NCBI RefSeq assembly: GCF_963676685.1
Contig: NC_092344.1
Coordinates: 57,474,001 to 57,538,000 of the forward strand
Length of the DNA stretch: 64,000 nucleotides
Origin: Mytilus edulis
Taxonomy: Eukaryota
Direction: 5' to 3'
A program made the position numbers and the translations under genes. The notes under the pieces were generated by a model. That model saw nothing but the letters and a program-made list of their open reading frames with translations. It made no database searches and was not told the DNA's origin. Positions 39,797 through 51,700 of the stretch are shown here, piece after piece. How positions within the stretch are numbered: position 1 is the first letter of the stretch; every line of letters starts with the position of its first letter.

Positions 39797-42700
39797 TTAG
39801 CAGGATGAAAGTGAAATCCCATAGTTGGTCTGCACATATTGGCCAATGTTTGTTGTGCTGAGGATTGTTTTACTGCAGTCAAAACCAGCGTATTGTAATC
39901 GGGTCTCTGAACATAGGGCAAACTGTCTCGCCATCATGCACTTGTCATTTTTGGGATCTTTCATATTCTCGAGGTATGGTCTGCAGTAAGGCTCACGTGC
40001 CATGACTTGTAGTACCCCAGCTTCATCCTGACAGAAGTCGGCGGTCGTTTTCTGCATTTGACCTATAAAAATATACAAACAACGTTAAATAGTAGAGATG
40101 ATCAAAAAGGCGGAATAGTAAAAAAACATTTTAATACCAAGGAAATATAATAAAACAAATATCCTAAAGAATAGGCAATTTGGCTGCTTTTATTCAATAG
40201 AATACGCGTAATATTTGTACAGATCTGTAGTACAAGACACACGTGCAAATATATACAATTGAACACTAAAGGCCACATGCATGCGCACTTTGTTGGTGTA
40301 TTTTTGCTTTTGAATACGTCTCAGATTCAGATAAAGGTTTTTCCCGTATGTAAATGTCTTTAGATTTGCGCAATCGATACTAATATATGATGGTATGCAA
40401 TCGAGTAGACATATATTTTTGCTGAACAATTAGCATTCGTCATATTTATGTATCGTAAATTCACGCAACCTTTAATAAATTGTATCCCAGATATAAGGGA
40501 CTTCTTTGAATGTGTAATTCGATTTGCAGCAGTTAAACAAAAAAAAAAAACATAACAATTTGAATTTAAAAAAAAACAATTGTTCATTACCATACGATTG
40601 ATAGTAGATATAAAAAGGGGGAAAACTCTCATCAAATGTATACGTACCCTTTCGACTAAGATTTATGCGTTACGACATGTCGTAACTAACAATTTTGTGA
40701 AAACATTTTGTCGTTATCTTATATGATTTCTGATAATAAGAGATAACAAACCAAAATCAAAGTTTTGAACTTGAACTTGACCGTTGATACTTGGAAAGTA
40801 TTCGGCTAAGCAGGGTCAGTTTCAAAAGCGTATAAACTGTTCGATATCATATTCCAAATATCTAAGTAACATCTTGCGAAACAAAAACAAAAACAACGAA
40901 GGAAAAAAATCAGGCGGATGCCTGAACAAATAATCAGAAGAAAACCAATAGGTCTTTCCACGGAAAAGTGGAAAGACCTAATAAACCGTCGTTGTGTTAT
41001 TTGTGAATTACAATACTTCATGTATATCACGACAAAGACAGTTAAAAGCAGAGCTATATTTTTTTGTATTTGCCTAATGTTTAGTGAAAATAACCTAGAA
41101 AGTCTCAATGTTACTAACCTTGACATTCCGACAGCGTGGACGGTTTAACTCCTTGGTAACCCAGAATCTTAGAAAATTCCGGCTGCAGTTCTGGCACAGT
41201 GCACGTATGACCAGCTTTGCTCATTTCGTGCTGAAGCATGTGCATTGCGTAGTAAAAATTTCTGAAATACAGATCTAAACTATTTCACATTAACCTTATA
41301 ACAGTGATATTATTTGTTCTTCACCCCAAAGGATACACAATTTTCCTCTTTTTTAAACATTTTAACTTTTAACAATAAAAAAAATGGCGATTGCATATTA
41401 TATATAGAATGAAATTCAAAACAGTGTGGCTGTGGCCATTGATTGACACATTAAATTCATCCATTGACTGGGACAATTTACGTGAACGTTTGTCTGTAAC
41501 GACCACTGTTCACGACGTACCTACGATAGACATTTAAACTGTGGGGTCACCAAAGGTTTCTTAACGCCTTTAATTATAAAATAATTCGAAAAAATAATCA
41601 GGAATAACCTTTATGTTTTGATTTATATAATTGATATAAATCAAAACATCGTGTTATTTCTGATTAATTTTTTCGAATTACTTTATTGAGGTGTTGAGAA
41701 CCTTTGGTGACCCAATAGTTTAAGTGTCTTTAAAAAGTACATAGTGAGCAGTGGTCGCTACATGCAAACGTTCACGTAAATTGTCCCAGTCAATGGATGA
41801 ATTTAATGTGTCAATCAATGGCCACAGCCACACTGTTTTGAATTTCATTCTATATTACATACCATTCTTTTACCCGAAGCTGTAACACGACAAATGAGGT
41901 AATATTTTAATTATTTTGTTCATCAATACTGGTTTTTAAAGTTCTAAAATACATCCTATAATGTTCTTTTAAAACTTGGTTTCAGTTTTACGCATAAGGT
42001 CAATAATTCTGTTTCTAAAGGCCCATATATAATGTTTTATAATGTTCTAAAAAACATTGTCGTCGTTTAACGCATGAAACAAATTGTTCATCAATACCTG
42101 TTTCTAAAGTCCCATATATGTTCTATAATGTTCTAAAAAAACATTGTCGTCGTTTAACGCATGAAACAAATTGTTCATATACCTGTTTCTAAAGTTTCAA
42201 AATGCACTCTTTAATGTTTCAAGATATCAAGATTTATTGATAACGCTCAGACACATTAATGTGTAACATGAGGTCAAAGTATAATACATAAACAATTGAA
42301 TGACGAAATGAGCATGCAGTACTATCTAAACATATAGAAATACAATAATTATTGTAGATATTTTAGAATAAACAAGCAATTTTCTTAATAAAAAATGACA
42401 ATCGTTTGAAGACTTCCATATTACATATGGACAATAATCCTTCCAATTTAATATATTGAGGATTAATAGTATAATATTTAGGTAAGTATTTGTTTCTATA
42501 ATTAACAATAGAATCATGTTGACATACAAATAAAACATGAAATTCATCACCAATAAATTTATGACATAAGGTACATATTCTCTCTGGTCTAGGTATATTT
42601 TGCCAACGGCCTGTCTCGATTGGAATACGTAGGTTCGATGTCCTTAATTTAGTTATCCACCCTCTATTCTGTTCAGATAGTCTGATCAGATATTTTTCTA

Positions 42701-45700
42701 GTCCAAAGTCCTTTTTGAATGTCCCATAAAATTGTCCCCGGGATGAATTTTCTATATCGCCAAACCATGAGGTAATAAACTGATCACTCAATATACGATC
42801 AAGATAATTTTTATCACAAAAGCCCATTTGGTTTATGAAAATATATCCTAGACCAGTGTTGTTAAATATTGATTCGACAGAATCAATCCATTTAAAAACA
42901 TAATGGCCATGATTCTTCAATGATAACATCAGCCTGTACAAAGAACTACTTAGTTTACTGCTAATGTTTACAACTTTACACCAATACGAAATCATTCTAC
43001 ATTTAACTCGAATTTGCAGAGGAAATCTTCCCAATTCTCCATACACCATGAAATTGGGTGTAGTATTTCGAACTTTTAATATTCTTTTGCAAAATTTCAA
43101 ATGCATCTGTTCAATAAATTTCAAATTCTCAAAACCCCAAACTTCAGAACCATATAAAAGAATGGGTTCTATCATGGAATCAAATAATTTCAGTTGCAAA
43201 TCTATAGAAATGTTTTTAACAATTCTATGTATAAAATGCATCGATTTATGTGCTTGATCAATAAGTTTCTTTTTGGTATCTAAAAAAGTACCGTTATATT
43301 TAAAGATAACACCTAAATAAGAAAATTTTTCAACAATCTCAAGTTCTTTGTCTTGTAATAAAAATTTAAATTTCTTTTTACTTTTTCTCTTTCTAAAAAT
43401 CATCACCTTTGTTTTATTTAAATTGACTTCTAATTTCCACTTTTCACAATATGATTGAAAAATATTTAATGATCTCTGCATACCTTCTTCTGTTTCAGAT
43501 AAAATTACAGTATCATCTGCATATAATCTATAATACTAAAATTACGAGGTCCAATTTGTCAGCCGTCATCACGTAAAAACGACGTATCAAAGAATTCAAC
43601 TTTATATATAACTTATATAGTACAAAGGTGTAGATTAAAAATTACACCACTCCAGGCCCTTTTGTTTTCCACGTAATTAATATTGCCAATAATTAAGAAG
43701 TTCCGGGTTGAGTCCGATACCGATACCAATAGTATATTCACCTGTTACCTATTACCTTATTTGTACGTTCCGCATCTGACAGGCGCACCACCAAACGGTG
43801 TATTCAGGATTAATATGCTATATACACAGGTCATATACACAGGGTTGACACTACTAGATTGTCACATTGTTACCTATTGTAGCATTTTAATCAGTAAAAC
43901 TTTCTAAGATAACAATACGAATACTAAAAATCTGGACTAAAATAAGGCAGTCCAGTTTTCAATTTTGTTAGCGGGCATGACGTAAAACAGCGAATCAAAG
44001 AATTCAACTTAGTTTATAACTAATATAGGACAATGCTGTTGATTAAAAAATATTCCATTCCAGGACCTTTTGTTTTCCAACTAATTAATACTACCAATAA
44101 TTGACAAGTTCCAGTTCGACGGATTCAAACAGAAAGATTTGAAAGCAGAGAAAACTGCGTATCTTATAATCGGCATGACTTTATCAGATGACAATACTAA
44201 TATTAAAATAAGGCTTGCGCATAGTTATATACTTTAATTCAGTCACGGACCCGCGATATCACGGGTGTGTTCTAGTATAACAAATAATTCAGAAAATATG
44301 TGCAATTCACTTTGAAACTTCTCTTTAACAGTTTCTAGTGGAATCCCATCTAGATTCTTAAAGTAGTCTTCTAAGTCATTAAGAAAAATTGAAAACAAAA
44401 ATGGCGATAAATTCTCCCCCTGTCTTACACCTGCGAAACAGGGAAAAAAATCTGACTGACATCCATTATATTTTACACATGATTTGATTCCTTGGTACAT
44501 ATTAAAAATAACTTTAAAGCACTTCCCTTTAATATTACTCAATTGAAGTTTTTCCCATAAACCAGATCTTGATACAGTATCGAATGCTTTCCGAAAGTCT
44601 ACAAAAGTACAAAAAAGTTTTTTTCGAAATGAGAAATACAGCTCTATGAGTGCATGAAGCACAAAAATATTGTCTACAGTTGAATACCCCTTTCTAAAAC
44701 CCGCCTGATTTTCATGTATAAGTGAAATTTCATTTGCAAAAAAATTCAATCGAGTATTGATTATGGAAGTGAATAATTTCCCTATACAACTAATTAATGT
44801 TATAGCTCTATAGTTATCTGGATCCTTTGGACAACCCTTATTTTTAAAAACTGGTATAATTATTCCTGCTGTCCAAGTTTCAGGAATTATACCTGTATCC
44901 AATATCACATTAAATAGTTTAGTGTAAATACAAATAAAAAATGGTGGAGAGTTTTTCAAAAACTCATTCAGTATCTTGTCAGTACCAGATGCTTTACCAT
45001 GTTTCAAGTTCTTAACGGCATCCACAACCTCTTGTTCTGTAATGACTCCATTTAAAATTTCATTATAAATGGGGTCACTACACAACGCATTGATGTCGAT
45101 GCCGTCAAGATCTTCTTCGTCATTTGCATTCATGTTTTTAAAATATTCATGAAATGCTTCAATACTGATAGAGGGGTTGTCTTTTTTGTAGCCAGAATAT
45201 TTTTTAAGTGTCTTCCAAAATCTCTTAGAGTCATTTTTTGAGAGTGCCCTCAGTTCATCCGAACATTTTTCTTTATACTGCTGATAGTTAATGTTAAGTG
45301 TCTTGCGGTATTCCTTGGCCTTGCTATTCATTGCCAGTTTATTACCACCTGATTTCGCTCTGCTATATAAGTTTCTAGCCTTGTGAAACTCATTACGTTT
45401 GTCTTGGCAATTTTTATCAAACCATGGTTTATTTTTGCGGTCGGGATAAACCGGTCTTTTTTTAGTCTTGCCTAGAACTCCTTCTGCCGTATCTAACAGT
45501 ACATTGCCAAGGTCATCAACTAGACCGTTTATCTTTTCAGGCGTAAAATCATTTGTGTCAATACTACTCAAAACGTGATCAATCTGTTGTAAATTACCTG
45601 AGACACTGGATAACGCTTGAAAATATTCGTCTGCTTTTCTACAGTCCCATTTAATGTGAGTTTCTGTGTTACCTGTATTTTTTTCTGTGTTTACCTTATC

Positions 45701-48700
45701 AGTGTAATTACTATCAGTATTGAAAGACAATGTAAAACATATTATACTGTTATGGACATCTGAAAACATGGGATTAAACTCATCTACTCTAAATTCAGAG
45801 ATATAATCAAACATGTGAGGAGATACAATTAAATAATCTACTACGCTGGAGTCTACATGTAGTATGACCTATAAATTTGTCTGAGAAAATACGACCATTA
45901 CATATAAAAATTCCACATCTTTTACATAGTTCTAAAAGAAGAGTACCATATTTATTCACTCTACCTTGATCATAACTGTATCTTTGTAGAGGAACATTTT
46001 TACTTTCTAACAACAGATAAGATCAAAGTACTGAAGTACTGAACATCAGATGACCGCAGGTTCTTGTGGATGGTCAAAAGCACATGTCGCAGAAACAGAT
46101 CACATCTCTATACCTGAAACTTGGGTTAATTTACAGAGATATTTTTTTTCTGATACAAGTTCGTGCTTGGATGATGAATAAATGACAGGAAATTCAACCT
46201 CACCGTAATAACTATTATATTGTAGTGCAAGAAATCAGTATACCTTGGACTATTATACTTATATAATAATAGTCGTAGAGAATACACTGGTTTGTTGTTA
46301 TATATATTATTAATATTACGATTGCATGTATATCTAATTTTCATCTATTTGTATATGATAATTCTATTCTATTATTATTATAGTGCAGTGCAAGTGCATG
46401 GTGGACACTCTTCTGTAAAAAAATCAAAGCCTTAAAGGCTGTAAAAGCAATTGCTGCCATGTTAATGTTTTGGGGACTTAATTTTCATCTACATATATAA
46501 GAATTAAACCTGACAGGACATAGTTGTCTAGTGAAAAGCAAGAAGGTTTTGACTTTATATCAATCAAAGACTTAAGCAGGAAATCATTTTTAATATGTTT
46601 TATATTTCACAAGGAGGCAACAAGTTTACCAGGCTAAAGTTGGGGGTAATTATGGATTATCCCCTGGTAGTGTTTGTAACTGGGCAATAATTACTTTTCT
46701 TTATTTAATTTTAACAATTTTCATAATTAATTTAAATTAACCATTCAGTTAAAACATTTCACCTTTCGAGACGCTAATGTTGAAAAATGGGACAGAAATA
46801 AAATAACTTACAAGACATAAACATGTAAAAAATAAATATATATTTCAGCTTACTAAAAATATTTTTATAGTGTTACTTTGACATCATTTCTTAAAACTAA
46901 GTCCCACACATAATTGTTCATTTGATATGTGTCATCCTCATGCGATACGAGAAGTTTTCATGTCGCTAAATTGTCTTCTTGTCGCTTAATTTATTCTTCT
47001 TGTCCGTTCTTGACGCTTCTTGTCGCTAAAATTCTTCTTGTCGTTATTAGTGAGACCGCTATTTTTAGATTACAGGTGGTCATTTACACTACACGTATAA
47101 CCTGTGTAGTGATTTTTATTTCACGATAAATTTATGAATGAACGATATTTTATGAATGAACAAGAGCACCTGACCTCTTTCTGAAACACCAATTAAACAT
47201 ATAAAATCGTATTTATTAAGATATAATTCAGTCAAATTTTCACCACTATAAAATCAACAACTGAAATGATTCCATATAATTTTGTTGAAACATCGTACAA
47301 CCGGAGAACAGAAATCGCAGGTATGAAAATGCACTTTTTTCACTGGTGTTGAAAACCCAAAACTAATTTGACTATTATTTATGAATGACGGAAATTTAAG
47401 CGATAACAATACATCGGAGTGACCTCAAGGTCATCCTCTGTAAAAAAATATATTTATTTATAACATCGTCTTCTACCTGTAAAATTTCTAGTAAATTTTC
47501 ATCAGGTATAACATGATCACTATCAATAGAGGTTCTAGAATTAAAATCACCAATCAGTGCTACTTCTTTTGAAGTATTTGAAAATCGAATAAGTTCATCT
47601 TCAATCTCTGAAAAAGATTCATCAGATGAATATCTGGAGAATTCTGGAGGTATATAAACACACCCAAGTAAGATATCTTTACCCGTATCAAAATTTCCGT
47701 GTAAAATTTCTACCCACTGAACGAACTCAGATTCTGAGTTAATAAATTTAAGAATATGTGACAGTTTCTTTTTATAAATGATAATAATACCTCCTGATTT
47801 CTTTTTAAATTTTTGTCTATTCTTAGTAAATAGAGTATAATCTGTTGGTAATTTAATTTCGTCATAATCATCAGTTTTTGTTTCTACAAACACCAGAATA
47901 TCATGTTTTTTAATAAAATTATCAAAGCAGGGTTCAACAATTTTGATTTTAAACCACAAACATTAAGGTAAGTGATATTGAGTTTATTTACATTGTTATT
48001 TAGCGTTCTACGACTGTCTGATGCGTTATCCTAACGGTGTCCCGTCTGATTACTGTGTATTGGGTTGCGAGGCTCTTCACGGGCTGGTTCAAACGGTTGA
48101 CCGTCTACAAAAATCTGATCATACACTAATGATGCCCGGATATTACGCCTATGGAGTTCCTTTAGCTTTGGTAACAGTTTTTGACGACGGTTGCTGATCT
48201 CAGTGGGATATTGCTGGTTAACTGTAAATTTTGGTTTTAGTTTAAGTTTCTGCGGAACGACTTTTTTCACTCTTTCATGGTCTTTATAGTGAGTAAATCG
48301 AGCAATAATATTACGCGGTTTTCCGTCCCGTCGTGGTCGTAATCTATGGACGTTTTGGAAATCTATTTCATCCGCTTCAGGAATATCAAGTTCTGTTTTA
48401 ATAAAGTTCTTGAGTACAGTTTCAGTATTTTCCTCCTCATCAGTTTGTACAATACCGCCGAATATAAGGTTGTATTTCATCGAGTGACTTTGTAGTTTTA
48501 AATACTCCTCTTTCAGTTGATTTTTTTCTGTATCAATTTCTCGGGTGTAATTTTCTACCAAATTCATTCTGTCGGCAATTTCAAAATGGTGCTTTTCTTC
48601 ATTTTCCAAAATTTGTGCATGTTCATTTTGAGTTTTCTTTACAGAGTCGATTTCTTGGTGTAAGTTTGAAATTTTCGTATCAATGTTGTTGAATCTTTCA

Positions 48701-51700
48701 TCAAGTTTTTTGTCCAGTTTAAAGAGTTTATCACCCACTTCAAAGTCTATTCGTTCTAATCTTTGGTTCATTATGTTAATTGTTGAAAACAACATTTCCA
48801 TGGTTATGTTCTAAACAAACTTGCTCGCAGTTTGACACAAGGTATATTTTCATCCATAATATATAAACTCATCATAGATACCAGTACTAAATTTTGTATA
48901 TACGCCAGACGCGCGTTTCGTCTACAAAAGACTCATCAGTGACGCTCGAATCCAAAAAAAAAAAAAAAAGAAAAAAAAAAAGGCCAAATAAAGTACGAAG
49001 TTGAAGAGCATTGAGGACCAAAATTCCTAAAAGTTTTGCCAAATCCAGCTAAGGTAATCTATGCCTGAGGTAGAAAAATTCTAAATTTTGTAAACAGTTA
49101 ATTAATAAATATAACCATATCAATGATAATTCATGTCAGCACAAAAAGTGCTGACTACTGGGCTGGTGATACCCTCGGGGAAATAAATCTCCGCCAGCAA
49201 TATACCTATTTCTAAACTTTCAAAATATATATTCTATATTGTCTTCAGAAGAACTAGACGTACCATGCATAAGGTTATGCCATTAAGTTATGAAAAAATG
49301 ACAGTGATTAGCTGAATCAAAGTGAGAAGGGTTGCTGACATCAACTTTGATTCGTTTTTGGCTGATTTTTGTACAATTGGCAATCATACCACATCTCTGT
49401 TATGTGTATATATTCTTTTGTCGTCCAATAAGTTTAGAGGGTTGTTCCATTCTGACTGATACAAAAAATCTGTACACATAAACAACTTATACCAATAATC
49501 TGTGAAAAAAACAAAACTTGTACAAACAATCTGTTCAAAAAACAATATCTACATATTATCTGTACAAAATAACAACTAGTCCAAAAATCTATCCAAAATA
49601 ACAACTTGTACGGAAATTCTGTACATAACAACATGCACAAAAAGTATGTTCAAAATAACAAGTTGTACATATAAATTATTGTTAACAAACATACTTGCAG
49701 TATACAGCTTGGCTCACGACCGTAATATTGTTAAGATACATAATTCCCATTGCGTCTTGTGTATGTTTTGAGATGTATATAAAATCTTTACACTCTGAAT
49801 CGCCGCCAGGTTGACCCGGTTGGTACACTTTGAAACATTCATCCAAGTTGACTTTCGGGTAGTTATCCTGGATCCACTGTTTTGCTGTCGAAGACTGGAG
49901 ACCATCTTTAATTTTACCATCTTCACAGTGGCTTTCGCCCAACATGTTTGTGAATTGATCTGTGCATACTTCTAAACTGGAAACTAATCTGAAATTTCCC
50001 AACAATTTTTATTATGTATAAACGTTCTAAAAAGGTCCGAAAATACTAGATAATACATTTGACCACCCAAACCATCCGACTTATTTGGAAAAGAACCAGG
50101 CGTATTCTCAAAACAAAGTTTCTTTGCTAACAAAGTCTTACTAACTAAGATATAAAAGCTGCATGTATGTCCTGACGGATAAATTGTTTTGAGTGGAGGC
50201 ATCACAAAAATGTATTCCGTTGACTGTCTGATAATAATAATAATCATCGTAATAATAATATACACGCAGAGAAAGAATAAACTTACGAACAAATATAATA
50301 GTTGGAATGTGTAAGGGATCCTCCAATGATAGGAGGAAAACAACCAATGGCAGATATCAGCCCAAGACGATCAGGAGATGTACACAACGATTCAGTAACT
50401 TCTTCTACTGTAAAACAAGATCATATAATATAAGTGTTATATTTGGTGGGGTTTGTGTTTCTCTGTCTTTAGTTTTCTATGTTGTGTTTTGTGTACTATT
50501 GTTTGCAATTGTCTGTTTGTCCTTTTCACTTTACCAATGGCGTTGTCAGTTTATTTTCGACTTTTGAGTTTGATTGTTCATTTTGTATCTTTCGCATCTC
50601 TTGTTGTCATTGGATAATGAAATTCACCGATAATTACATTTTGCTAAAGCAAAATTGGTCAGCAAAACAAGATATAAAAAAAGCCAAATTAGTGCAATCG
50701 TCAACCAACTCGTTACATATGTTGGTATACCCCCTAATCGCCTACTAGTTTAAGTGCTTTTGGTTTTTCCCTATTTTTTTAATACCATAAATGTCTATGT
50801 TTAGATAGAAAATTAGCTGAACCAAAATGAGTCTCGATGTTGGTTCACACCGCTCTTTTATTCTTACTGCATTGCAATAATTCATTTTTATGCAAAATTA
50901 CAATAAGTGGCACAGACTCCTTAGGTCTTATATTTTTTTTTTATTAACGATAGTAAAAGATTTGATAATATGCTTACATTGACACGATTGCGTGTCCAGT
51001 GCAGTCAACCAATCATCGGTATAATATGTCGCCAACTTGGTAAATGTGGTATGAAGACTCTGCATGTCACAGGTTTCGCCATTTTTAACAGCAAGTAATT
51101 GAATACATCTACCTACTTCATTGTATATCCTGATGAAATAAAAATACATTATCACGAGTCTTCCACTTTACCGAACAGTTTTTTGTTTGTTCCTTTTGTC
51201 TAATAATGGATGTATATGAATGTTATATAAACCATGCCAGTGCTGACATCCTGACTACATTAAAATAAGAAGATGGGGTAAAGGGCTGAAATAAATACAA
51301 AACAAATACATCTAACAAAAATACAGAGTGGACGAGGCACAGTACTTATACATCCCTACAACAAAAAGACACGAAGTGCAAATCTGAGAGTACTCGTAGT
51401 TACTGTATATCTTACAAGTATGCAGTATGCCTCTCTTCCAAAGATCTCATCTTAATTTATCTCAGTGTTTCCATCTATAAAGTTAATATGCAGCGTGTGC
51501 ATGACTTTAAAAGAACAGCCGCAAATCTTTCTCAAGTTGATTTTGTTTGGAATTGTTCCTACGTTAAACAGTTAGTTTGAATCAAATTATACATTTTAAG
51601 TGCACAAAAATGAATAACAAACAACATATGGTCTAAATTGTATAAATCAGTCATAAAATGGAGTGAATTAACACATATCCACGTGCGAACGCACACTCAC

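Larger units (their letters stand above)
42219..48805 (-). mobile_element. 5'-truncated LINE (ORF1 + APE endonuclease-RT-CCHC ORF2), disrupted by two insertions, in intron 6 of gene D
   Basis: ORF1 48801-48031, then endonuclease motifs (YLNVCG, VETK, IGDFNSR), RT motifs (FVDFRKAFD, GVRQGENLSPFLF, YADD) and C-terminal CTLC...DEFHVLFVC. The 3' end has AATAAA then TCTTGA repeats. Candidate TSD ATGTT at 42214-42218 and 48806-48810. Confidence 0.93.
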
